DNA of 32,188 nucleotides, from the NCBI GenBank assembly GCA_040005975.1, contig JBDTXW010000001.1, positions 1 through 32,188 on the forward strand. Reading direction: 5' to 3'. Of the stretch, positions 12,133-25,757 are shown piece by piece; position 1 is the first letter of the stretch; each line of letters begins with the position of its first letter. The translations under genes were made by a program, and so were the position numbers. The notes beneath the pieces are model-generated. The model saw only the letters and a program-made list of their open reading frames with translations. It did no database searches and had not been told where the DNA came from. This DNA comes from Betaproteobacteria bacterium. Lineage in GTDB: Bacteria; Pseudomonadota; Gammaproteobacteria; Burkholderiales; Casimicrobiaceae.

Positions 12133-15100
12133 ATGGCGATCCGCGTAGCGCTGCAGCACCACACGACGTACACGTTCGACCGGTTCGTCAATTTGTCGCC
12201 GCACGAAGTGCGCCTTCGACCGGCGCCGCACTGCCGCACCCCGATCGTCGGTTATTCCCTTCGAGTCGATCCGGCGCGGCATTTTCTGAACTGGCAGCAG
12301 GACCCGTACGGCAACTGGGTGGCGCGGCTGGTCTTTCCCGAACGCGCGAACCGGCTGGAGATCATCGTCGACCTGACCGCCGACATGACGGTCATCAACC
12401 CGTTCGATTTCTTTGTCGAGCCCTATGCCGAGCACTTTCCCTTTGGGTATGCGGGATCGCTCGCCAAGGAGCTCATTCCCTTCCTCGAGGCTGAGGTGCC
12501 CGAGCCGCGGCTCGAAGCGTGGCTCGCGGCGTTTCGCGCCAGCATCCAACCGGACGAGGCGACGGTGCCGATGCTGGTCCGGCTCAACCAGCAGATCAAA
12601 ACCGAGATCCGCTACCTGGTGCGAATGGAGCCGGGCGTGCAGACACCCGAGCAGACGCTCGCCGAAGCGAGCGGCTCGTGTCGCGACAGCGGATGGATGC
12701 TGGTGCAGATCCTGCGCCAGCTGGGACTCGCGGCGCGCTTCACCTCCGGCTACCTGATCCAGCTCGTCGCCGACGTCAAGGCGCTCGATGGACCAGCCGG
12801 CCCCGAGCGCGATTTCACCGATCTGCACGCGTGGGCCGAGGTCTATCTGCCGGGCGCCGGGTGGATCGGCCTCGACCCGACCTCGGGACTGCTGGCCGGT
12901 GAAGGGCACATTCCACTGGCGTCCACCGCGGATCCGGGCAGCGCGGCGCCGGTGGTTGGCTACACCGACCCGTGCCGCAGCGAGCTCCACGTGAAGATGA
13001 CGGTGACGCGCGCGCACGAGGATCCGCGCGTTACGCTGCCGTATACCGAAGCGCAATGGGCGGCGATTGACGCGCTGGGCGAACAGGTCGATCGTGATCT
13101 CGCCGCGCACGACGTACGCCTGACCCAAGGCGGGGAGCCGACGTTCGTCTCGATCGACGACATGGAAGGCAAGGAGTGGACGATCGCGGCGCTGGGGACC
13201 AAAAAGCGCGAGCTCGCCGAAATCCTGCTGCGGCGCCTGATGGCGCGCTTCGCCCGCGGCGGATTCGTGCATACCGGCCTGGGCAAATGGTATCCGGGCG
13301 AGCCGCTGCCGCGCTGGGCGCTTTCTGTCTATTGGCGCGACGACGGCATCCCGCTCTGGAGCGATGAGTCCCTGCTCGCCGACACGCGGCGTCCCGGGCG
13401 CGCCGATCTTTCGGCCGCGCGCGACTTCACCGGTGCCCTCGCGGTAGCGCTGGGATTGCCTTCGGAAATGGTGTTGACCGCGTACGAGGACGTGCCGCGG
13501 CTGCTCGGCGAGGAGGCCGCGCTGCCGATCAACGCCGACCCTCTGCAGGCAGATCTGTCGAATCCTGCGGAGCGCTCGCGCCTCGCACAGCTGCTATTGT
13601 CCGGACTCGATCGCCCGGCCGGATTCGTTCTTCCGCTCAAGGCGGTGCCCGAGCATGAGGATCGCGGCCACGGCGCCGTCTGGGAAACGAGCCCCTGGCC
13701 GCTGCGGCGCGAGCGCCTGTACGCGGTTGCAGGCGATTCGCCGCTGGGCTTGCGTCTGCCCTTGTCGGCGCTGCCGAAGGTCTTGCCCGTGGAGGAAGAA
13801 ACCGAGTACGCGGTCGACCCATTCGTGCCCCGCAGCGCGCTGGTGGGGCGATCGCGGGGCGCCGCGAGGCGCGGAACGGCCCGCGGTGACAAACCGCGCG
13901 AGGTCATCAAGACCGCGCTGACCGTCCAGATTCGCGACGGGCACCTTTACGTGTTCATGCCGCCGTTGAAGCGCGTCGAGGATTACATCGAGCTGCTGGG
14001 CACCGTCGAGCACACCGCCCGGGCGATGCGATTGCCGGTCGCCATCGAAGGTTATGCGCCTCCGCGCGACCCGCGTCTGCGCATGCTCGGCGTCACGCCC
14101 GATCCCGGCGTGATCGAGGTCAACGTCCATCCGGCAGCGTCGTGGCACGAATTGACCGCGACGACCGAAACGCTCTATGAGGAAGCGCGGCAGGCGCGGC
14201 TTGGAACCGAAAAATTCATGCTCGACGGCCGCCATACGGGCACCGGCGGCGGCAATCACATTACCCTGGGTGGCGCGACGCCGGCCGACAGTCCGCTGCT
14301 GCGGCGCCCAGACTTGTTGCAAAGCCTGCTCACCTACTGGCAGAACCATCCGGCGCTTTCGTATCTTTTTTCCGGCATGTTCGTCGGACCGACCAGCCAG
14401 GCACCGCGGGTCGACGAGGCGCGAGACGATCGTCTCTACGAGCTGGAGATCGCGTTTCAGCAACTCGCGCGCAAGCACGAGTTCAAGAAGGATGAATCGC
14501 TGCCATGGCTTATCGACCGGTCGTTGCGTCATCTGCTGGCGGACCTCACGGGCAACACGCATCGCGCCGAGTTCTCGATCGACAAGCTGTATTCGCCGGA
14601 CTCGCCGACCGGACGGCTGGGACTGCTCGAATTTCGCGCCTTCGAGATGCCGCCCCATGCGCGCATGAGCGCCGTGCAAATGCTGCTGCTGCGGTCGCTG
14701 GTGGCGCGCTTCTGGCGAGAGCCGTACCGTGGCCCGCTGATACGCTGGGGAACCGCGCTGCACGACCGCTGGCTGCTGCCGCACTATGTGATGACCGACA
14801 TGCGCGACGTCATCGCCGAGCTCAACGCCGCGGGCTACGGGTTCGCGGAGACGTGGCTCGCGCCGTTCGTCGAGTTTCGCTTTCCCCGCTTCGGCGCCGT
14901 CGACTATGACGGTGTGTCGATCGAATTGCGCCAGGCAATCGAGCCGTGGCATGTCCTCGGCGAAGAGATAAGCGGCACCGGCATGGCGCGTTATGTCGAT
15001 TCGTCGGTCGAGCGCCTGCAGGTCAAGACAAACGGCATGACCGAGGGGCGTCACGTGCTGACCTGTAATGGACGGGTGCTGCCGCTGACCGCGACCGGCG

Positions 15101-15429
15101 CGCCGCGGCAATACGTTGCCGGCGTGCGCTTCAAGGCGTGGAGTCCGCCGTCGGCGCTGCATCCGACAATCGGCGTCCATGCGCCGCTGACCTTCGATCT
15201 GGTCGATACCTGGTCCAGACGTGCGATCGGCGGCTGCACCTATCACGTTACCCATCCGGGCGGCCGCAATTACGATACTTTTCCGGTCAATGCGAACGAG
15301 GCGGAAGCGCGCCGCGTGGCGCGCTTCTGGCCGCACGGCCACACGCCGGGACCGTTGGACATTGCGCCGGAGACGCCCAATCCCGCCACGCCGACGACGC
15401 TCGATCTGCGCTGGCAGCCGCCGGGCTGA
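12133..15429 (+). CDS. Large transglutaminase-family protein: Bact_transglu_N-like N-terminus, transglutaminase core, then about 800 aa of DUF2126-like region (1098 aa)
   Basis: The start MAIRVALQHHTTYTFDRFVNLSPHEVRLRPAPH is the typical N-domain. The core triad is intact: GSC(183)RDSGW, DLH(232)AWAEVY and GLD(248)PT. The long C-terminal part contains a Gly-rich stretch HTGTGGGNHITLGG. The track ORF start at 11614 overlaps the Anbu gene and was rejected in favour of ATG 12133. Confidence 0.88.
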   Translation: MAIRVALQHHTTYTFDRFVNLSPHEVRLRPAPHCRTPIVGYSLRVDPARHFLNWQQDPYGNWVARLVFPERANRLEIIVDLTADMTVINPFDFFVEPYAEHFPFGYAGSLAKELIPFLEAEVPEPRLEAWLAAFRASIQPDEATVPMLVRLNQQIKTEIRYLVRMEPGVQTPEQTLAEASGSCRDSGWMLVQILRQLGLAARFTSGYLIQLVADVKALDGPAGPERDFTDLHAWAEVYLPGAGWIGLDPTSGLLAGEGHIPLASTADPGSAAPVVGYTDPCRSELHVKMTVTRAHEDPRVTLPYTEAQWAAIDALGEQVDRDLAAHDVRLTQGGEPTFVSIDDMEGKEWTIAALGTKKRELAEILLRRLMARFARGGFVHTGLGKWYPGEPLPRWALSVYWRDDGIPLWSDESLLADTRRPGRADLSAARDFTGALAVALGLPSEMVLTAYEDVPRLLGEEAALPINADPLQADLSNPAERSRLAQLLLSGLDRPAGFVLPLKAVPEHEDRGHGAVWETSPWPLRRERLYAVAGDSPLGLRLPLSALPKVLPVEEETEYAVDPFVPRSALVGRSRGAARRGTARGDKPREVIKTALTVQIRDGHLYVFMPPLKRVEDYIELLGTVEHTARAMRLPVAIEGYAPPRDPRLRMLGVTPDPGVIEVNVHPAASWHELTATTETLYEEARQARLGTEKFMLDGRHTGTGGGNHITLGGATPADSPLLRRPDLLQSLLTYWQNHPALSYLFSGMFVGPTSQAPRVDEARDDRLYELEIAFQQLARKHEFKKDESLPWLIDRSLRHLLADLTGNTHRAEFSIDKLYSPDSPTGRLGLLEFRAFEMPPHARMSAVQMLLLRSLVARFWREPYRGPLIRWGTALHDRWLLPHYVMTDMRDVIAELNAAGYGFAETWLAPFVEFRFPRFGAVDYDGVSIELRQAIEPWHVLGEEISGTGMARYVDSSVERLQVKTNGMTEGRHVLTCNGRVLPLTATGAPRQYVAGVRFKAWSPPSALHPTIGVHAPLTFDLVDTWSRRAIGGCTYHVTHPGGRNYDTFPVNANEAEARRVARFWPHGHTPGPLDIAPETPNPATPTTLDLRWQPPG

Positions 15430-15444
15430 GAAACTCCGCCCGCC

Positions 15445-18604
<3,160 letters not shown>

Positions 18605-18612
18605 GCCAACGG

Positions 18613-20779
<2,167 letters not shown>

Positions 20780-20787
20780 CGAATCGC

Positions 20788-21105
20788 TTGCGCCTGCTTG
20801 GACTCGTTTTCGCGCTGCTGATCCTGGCCCTGCAGTATCCGCTGTGGCTCGGCAAGGGAGGTTGGCTGCGCGTACGCGAGCTCAACGCCCAGGTCGAGGC
20901 GCAGAAGGACGTCAACGCCGGACTCAAGGCGCGCAATGCGGCGCTGGATGCGGAAGTCAGCGACCTGAAGCAGGGCACCGAGGCCATCGAGGAACGCGCG
21001 CGCTCCGAGCTCGGCATGATTCGCCAGGACGAGGTCTTTTTCCAGCTTCCGCCAGCAACGCCGTCGGGTACGGGCACACCATCCGCGGCGCCGTCATCCC
21101 GCTAG
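20788..21105 (+). CDS. ftsB: Cell division protein FtsB (105 aa, TTG start as listed)
   Basis: An N-terminal TM helix is followed by a coiled coil. The sequence is collinear with E. coli FtsB ([44 protein letters not shown]). The conserved eno-ftsB order supports the call. Confidence 0.88.
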   Translation: MRLLGLVFALLILALQYPLWLGKGGWLRVRELNAQVEAQKDVNAGLKARNAALDAEVSDLKQGTEAIEERARSELGMIRQDEVFFQLPPATPSGTGTPSAAPSSR

Positions 21106-21175
21106 TGCGATTCGTACGTCGTTCGGATGTCATGTTGCCGCAGCCGGCGATCCGCCGTGCGTTCCATTGTCAGCC

Positions 21176-21958
21176 ATGCCGCGCATCAGCTCGTCCGACA
21201 ATCCCCGCCTGAAGGAAGCGGCCCGTCTGATCGCGTCGTCGCGAGAGCGCCGAAAATCCGGCCGTTGCGTACTCGAAGGGGAGCATCTGGTCGATGTCTA
21301 TTGCCGGCGCTACGGCCCGCCCGAAACGCTGCTGGTCGCCGAATCCGCCGTCGATCGGCCGACGGTGCGCGCGTTGCTGGCCCGCATCCCGCCGGCGCGC
21401 ACCCTGATCGTCGCCGAATCGGCCTGGGCGGACCTGGCGCAGCTGCCCGCTGCCGTCGGCTTGCTGGCAGTAGTGACCGCACCGGTTCCGGGAGTCGAGC
21501 GCGCTGCGGATTTCTGCCTGCTGCTCGACGGCGTTCAGGACCCGGGCAACGTCGGCTCGATGCTGCGCACCGCCGCCGCGGCCGGCGTCGCACAGGTCTT
21601 CATGTCGCCGCATTGCGCGTTCGCGTGGTCGCCGAAGGTGCTGCGCGCCGGGCAGGGCGCGCATTTTCACCTGGCGATATTCGAGGGCATCGATCTCGGT
21701 GGCTGGGCGCGCGCCTATCGCGGCAAGGTCGTAGCGATGGTCGCGGCCGAAGGCGAGACGCTGTACGAGGCGGACCTGAGCGGGCCGGTGGCCATTGCGA
21801 TCGGCAACGAGGGCGCAGGACTATCCGACCAGCTCATCGCGGCAGCGCGCCTGCGCGTGACGATTCCGATGCCCGGCGGATTCGAATCGCTCAACGCCGC
21901 TGCGGCGGCGGCGATCTCGCTTTACGAGTGCGTCAGGCAACGGGCGCGACGGACGTAG
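21176..21958 (+). CDS. TrmH/SpoU-family RNA 2'-O-methyltransferase (260 aa from ATG 21176; the track lists TTG 21167)
   Basis: The three SpoU motifs are present: LDGVQDPGNVGSMLRTAAAAG, IAIGNEGAGLS and IPMPGGFESLNAAAAAAISLYE. The specific RNA target is not assignable. Confidence 0.8.
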   Translation: MPRISSSDNPRLKEAARLIASSRERRKSGRCVLEGEHLVDVYCRRYGPPETLLVAESAVDRPTVRALLARIPPARTLIVAESAWADLAQLPAAVGLLAVVTAPVPGVERAADFCLLLDGVQDPGNVGSMLRTAAAAGVAQVFMSPHCAFAWSPKVLRAGQGAHFHLAIFEGIDLGGWARAYRGKVVAMVAAEGETLYEADLSGPVAIAIGNEGAGLSDQLIAAARLRVTIPMPGGFESLNAAAAAAISLYECVRQRARRT

Positions 21959-22001
21959 GCCCGCGGCGGCCGAAAAGATGGGCGCCGGCGCGCCGCTTGC
22001 G

Positions 22002-22790
22002 CTAGATCGGCGGCAGGAAAACCGCCGAGAACGTCGCGTCCTCGCGGCATCCGCCGCCGACATTGGGCGCGCTGAAGCTCGCCTCGATGCCGAAGGTCGT
22101 CGCCTTGATTTCGGACACTGCTGCCGTCGTCGACAGCCCCGTCGAGCATGAGTAGCTGGCATCGGGGATGCGGTAGAGCTGGCCGAGCTGCTCGAAGGCG
22201 CCAGACAGGATGCAGGTCATGCCGCTGTCGCTGTAGTTGAAGGTGAACGTCATCGCATCGCCGATGACTTGCGCGATACCGAGATTGAATCTGTCCGTGT
22301 ACGCTGGGGCAGCGCAGTTAGAGTAAGTGCCGGCCTGCGTGCCGCTATACGAGCCGGCGATCGGGATCAAAGTCAGTGCCTGCCGCTGGATCGCCTTGAC
22401 GATCGTGGGACCGCCGGTGAGCGCATAGGTGAGGTTCGCCGTGTAGGCGCTGGTCGGCTGAAACGATGCGGTGCCGACCTGGGCGCTACCGGCGCCGTCG
22501 GCGGGATTCCAAGGTGCGGCGAAATACGTGCCGGTCGTCGCGTACAGCGGGCCGTTGAAGTTGCCGTTGGCGTCCTGAGTGACGGCGGCAACATACCAGG
22601 TAGGCTTGTTGTCGGGCCCATAGATGAAGAACGTCAGAAACACAAACGCGTCGCTTTGCACGACATTGACACCCCAGCCCCCGCCCGCCGTTGACTGCTC
22701 CGCGGGATTGAACCAGATGTCGGTGTAGTCGGAAGCGCCGACGCGAAACGCCGACGCGAGCAGCAAAACCCCGAAGATCAATCGCCGCAC
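22002..22790 (-). CDS. Hypothetical secreted protein (262 aa from GTG 22790; the track lists TTG 22814)
   Basis: GTG 22790 is preceded by AGGAGA with a 5-nt spacer. There is a signal peptide (RRLIFGVLLLASAFRVGA|SDY). The mature part is Gly/Thr/Ala/Tyr-rich and probably all-beta, with six Cys, all in the C-terminal half. I recognise no characterised family. Confidence 0.6.
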   Translation of the reverse strand: MRRLIFGVLLLASAFRVGASDYTDIWFNPAEQSTAGGGWGVNVVQSDAFVFLTFFIYGPDNKPTWYVAAVTQDANGNFNGPLYATTGTYFAAPWNPADGAGSAQVGTASFQPTSAYTANLTYALTGGPTIVKAIQRQALTLIPIAGSYSGTQAGTYSNCAAPAYTDRFNLGIAQVIGDAMTFTFNYSDSGMTCILSGAFEQLGQLYRIPDASYSCSTGLSTTAAVSEIKATTFGIEASFSAPNVGGGCREDATFSAVFLPPI

Positions 22791-22823
22791 TTCGTTCTCC
22801 TGAGAACAAAACAAGCCGCAAGT

Positions 22824-23759
22824 TTAGCAGCGTCGCGACAGCCGCGATGTAACCGAAGGTAACAGCGCATCGATCGCGCTGCGCAGCGGAAGCGCGGGCT
22901 GCGCGCCGGCTGACGTACAGGCAAGTGAGCCTGCGGCGACCGCGAAGCGCAGCGCCATCGGACGATCGTCGCCGGCGTCGAGCGCGGCCGCGTAGGCGCC
23001 GATGAAGGCATCGCCGGCGCCGGTGGTATCGACCACGCTGATCTGCGGCGCGGCGACGCGGATCTCGTCGTCGCCGAGAACGCTCACCGCGCCGGCCGCC
23101 CCTTGCGTGACCACGACCTCGAGCCCGTCGTTGGCTGCTGCCGCCGTCGCCGCGAACGCCGCCGCTTCTGGCGGCCACCCCAGCGCGGACGCCAGCGCAT
23201 GCGCTTCGCTCTCGTTGATGATCAATGTATCGATCAACGCCAGAAGCTCAAGTGTCAAAGGCCGCGCCGGCGCCGCGTTGAGCACGATGCGCATGCCCGT
23301 CCGCATCGCCCGGGCGATCAGCGTCGCGTTGGCCGACGCCGGAACCTCGTGTTGCAGCAACAGTATCGCGTCCTGCCCGAGTACGGCATCGGGGACGGTG
23401 CTGGCATCGACCCGATCGTTCGCTCCGGGCACGACAACGATCGTATTTTCCCCGGCGTCATCGACCAGTATGGTCGCGCAGCCGGTCGGTAAATCGACGA
23501 TGCGCACGCCGGAGAGATCCACAGGGCCATTGCGAACGAGCGCCAGCGCGCTATCCGCTGCAGCGTCGCGTCCTACCGCGCCGCAGAGATGCACGACGCC
23601 GCCGGCGCGCGCTGCCGCCAGCGCCTGGTTGGCCCCTTTGCCACCCGGATAGCTGGCAAAGCCGCGTCCGAGCAGGGTTTCACCGGGCGAGGGCAGCCGT
23701 TCGACGCGCGTGACCAAGTCGAGGTTAATCGAGCCGAAGACGACGATCATGCCGGTCAC
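22824..23759 (-). CDS. rbsK: Ribokinase (PfkB family), 311 aa from GTG 23759 (alternative ATG at 23750)
   Basis: The motifs are IVVFGSINLDLV, GGKGANQALAAARAG and DTTGAGDAFIGAYAAAL (the PfkB anion hole and catalytic Asp). GTG 23759 overlaps the stop of the upstream mini-ORF (GTGA). Confidence 0.85.
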   Translation of the reverse strand: MTGMIVVFGSINLDLVTRVERLPSPGETLLGRGFASYPGGKGANQALAAARAGGVVHLCGAVGRDAAADSALALVRNGPVDLSGVRIVDLPTGCATILVDDAGENTIVVVPGANDRVDASTVPDAVLGQDAILLLQHEVPASANATLIARAMRTGMRIVLNAAPARPLTLELLALIDTLIINESEAHALASALGWPPEAAAFAATAAAANDGLEVVVTQGAAGAVSVLGDDEIRVAAPQISVVDTTGAGDAFIGAYAAALDAGDDRPMALRFAVAAGSLACTSAGAQPALPLRSAIDALLPSVTSRLSRRC

Positions 23760-23932
23760 GCCGGCGGACAGGTGTCGACCCCGCCTTTGACCAGAAGGAT
23801 GTTGCCGTAGGGGCGCAGTTTGGCGGTGCGCACGACCGCATAGGCATTGCGGGCGCGGGCGTAGAAGGTCTCGCGTTCAACACTGCCGACGTCGATCGCC
23901 ACCCTTCCGTGCCGCGCGAAGCCCTTCAGCAT
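23756..23932 (-). pseudogene. 58-codon ORF matching only the C-terminal part of an RbsD/FucU-family sugar mutarotase/pyranase (truncated remnant or mini-protein)
   Basis: My own translation is MLKGFARHGRVAIDVGSVERETFYARARNAYAVVRTAKLRPYGNILLVKGGVDTCPPA, below the ORF-track size cutoff. The segment FYARARNAYAVVRT...PYGNILLVKGGV parallels the FucU C-terminus as I recall it (FYERAQKAFAIVITGE..KYGNILLKKGV). No N-terminal half is present. The ORF starts 4 nt after the permease stop and overlaps the rbsK start. Confidence 0.5.
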
Positions 23933-23936
23933 TGCC

Positions 23937-24806
23937 TCATCCCTTGATGCCGCCGTGCGTGAGCCCGACGACGATCTCCTTCTGGATGACGATCGTGAGT
24001 AGCAGCACCGGCAGCGTGACGACGATCGCCGCCGCGGCCAGAGGCCCCCACGCCAGCTGCTCGAACGTCAGCACGTTGTAGACGGCGGCCGGCAGCGTGC
24101 GCGTCGCGCGCCCGGCCAGCACGGCGCCGAAGACGAAGTTGTTCCAGGAGAAGATGAAGGCGAGAATCGTCGCGACGACGATGCCGGGCCGCGCCAGCGG
24201 CAGCGCAACATAGCGAAACGTCGTCCACACGCTTCCGCCGTCGATCAGCGCGGCTTCCTCCAGCTCGCGCGGCAGCGTTTCGAAATGGCCCGCCATCACG
24301 TAAACGATGATCGGTACGGTGATCACCAGATGGGTGATGACCAGCGCGGTGAGCGTGTTGCTTAGTCCGAGGAGCTGAAACACGGTGAACAGCGGAATCA
24401 GATAGGACAACGCCGGCGTCATGCGGGCAATGAGGATCAGCACCGTCAGCTTGTGCGCCTGCGTGCGCGCGATGCCGTACCCGGCCGGCACGCCGACGGC
24501 GAGCGCGACCAGCGTCGCCAGCCCGGACACGACGACGCTGTTCCAGAAATACAGGCCCATCGAATTTTCCGAAAAGACCTGGACGAAATTGCGCAAGGTC
24601 AGCTGGCTCGGAATGAATACCGGTGGGTAGGAGAGATTGTCGATCTCGTTTTTCAGCGACAGGGACAGCATCCACAGGAACACCAGGATCGCCGGCGAGA
24701 CGATGACCAGGACCGACAGCGCGAAGCCGACGCGGCGCAACTTCCTGCGCCAGCGGGCGCGCTTGGCGCCAGGCGCCGGTATCGCGTGTCCCGCGGCTAC
24801 GTCCAT
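23937..24806 (-). CDS. Carbohydrate ABC transporter permease (CUT1/MalG-like), 289 aa from ATG 24806
   Basis: It is a multi-TM protein with the EAA-type loop region (ELEEAALIDGGSVWTTFRYVALPLARPG). The start overlaps the preceding permease gene by 10 nt. The upstream part of the track ORF (to 25082) overlaps that gene and was rejected. Confidence 0.85.
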   Translation of the reverse strand: MDVAAGHAIPAPGAKRARWRRKLRRVGFALSVLVIVSPAILVFLWMLSLSLKNEIDNLSYPPVFIPSQLTLRNFVQVFSENSMGLYFWNSVVVSGLATLVALAVGVPAGYGIARTQAHKLTVLILIARMTPALSYLIPLFTVFQLLGLSNTLTALVITHLVITVPIIVYVMAGHFETLPRELEEAALIDGGSVWTTFRYVALPLARPGIVVATILAFIFSWNNFVFGAVLAGRATRTLPAAVYNVLTFEQLAWGPLAAAAIVVTLPVLLLTIVIQKEIVVGLTHGGIKG

Positions 24807-25702
24807 TTGGCCTTCTCCCTGACGTGCAGCAGCAGCAACGCGAGTGCGAGGATGATGACGAAAAAGACGACGACCACCGCCGACGCGTTGCCGACGTTGT
24901 AGAAGGCGAACGCCTGCAGATACAGGTAAAGGTTGATCGTCTCCGACGCGGTGCCGGGTCCGCCCTGGCTGATGACGTAGATCGTGTCGAACGCCTTCAG
25001 CGCATCGATCGTGCGGATGACGGCGGCGACAATCAGGAACGGTGCGAGCAGCGGCAGCGTGATATAGCGGAACAATTGCCACTCGCTGGCGCCGTCGAGG
25101 CGTGCGCTTTCGTAGGGCTCGGTCGGCAGCGCGGCCAGCCCGCCAAGCACGATCAGCATGATCAGCGGCGTCCAGTGCCAGATTTCAACAAGGACGAGGC
25201 TCGGAATGACCCAAGTCGGCGAGTAGACCCAGAGCGAAGGCGGCAGTCCGACCAGGCTCAGCAGGTAATTGAGCACCCCCTGCTGCGGGTGGAACATCAT
25301 CGTCCACACCAGCGCCACTGCGACCGGCGTCGCCATCATCGGCATCGTGAATATCGAGCGCAGCATCCCGCGCAGCGGAAACTCGCGATGGAAGATCAGC
25401 GCCGCGACGGTACCCAGGATCAGCGGGAAGACGACCGCCAGCAGCGTGAAGTAGAACGTGTGGACAATCGATTCGAGAAAGCGCTTGTTCGTTGCGAGCT
25501 GCGCGTAATTGTCGAAGCCGACAAAATGCGCGACCGACCCGATCCTCCAATCGAACGCGCTCATCCAGACGGTGAACGCCCAGGGGAAGATGATGACGGC
25601 GCCGATGACGACCAGCGCCGGCACGGCAAACAGCAGATAGCTACGCCGGCGCCGGGCGAGGAAGCCCGGGCGAGGCGCGGGCGGCGCGATGGCTGCGTTC
25701 AT
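24797..25702 (-). CDS. Carbohydrate ABC transporter permease (CUT1/MalF/UgpA-like), 301 aa
   Basis: It has about six predicted TM segments and the EAA loop YESARLDGASEWQLFRYITLPLLAP. Confidence 0.85.
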   Translation of the reverse strand: MNAAIAPPAPRPGFLARRRRSYLLFAVPALVVIGAVIIFPWAFTVWMSAFDWRIGSVAHFVGFDNYAQLATNKRFLESIVHTFYFTLLAVVFPLILGTVAALIFHREFPLRGMLRSIFTMPMMATPVAVALVWTMMFHPQQGVLNYLLSLVGLPPSLWVYSPTWVIPSLVLVEIWHWTPLIMLIVLGGLAALPTEPYESARLDGASEWQLFRYITLPLLAPFLIVAAVIRTIDALKAFDTIYVISQGGPGTASETINLYLYLQAFAFYNVGNASAVVVVFFVIILALALLLLHVREKAKWT

Positions 25703-25757
25703 CGCCTGGGCCGATGCGACGACCCGCGCCGTCGTCGGGACGACGCGGGGCGTGCGT

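Noticed and set aside
7757-15429. The tRNA-Val gene could be an integration site, with a genomic island comprising either the haloacid dehalogenase/SDR side or the Anbu operon side.
   Set aside because: The window has no integrase, transposase or phage genes. I saw no direct repeat of the tRNA 3' end elsewhere, and I saw no obvious compositional break by eye. The Anbu operon runs straight into essential gltX.
25703-25757. Short alternative CGACGA/TCGTCG-type stems in the SBP-permease gap could be an attenuator or an intercistronic stabiliser.
   Set aside because: The stems are only 6 bp and arise from a simple repeated GTC/GAC pattern. There is no U-tract, and they are not distinguishable from chance in GC-rich sequence.
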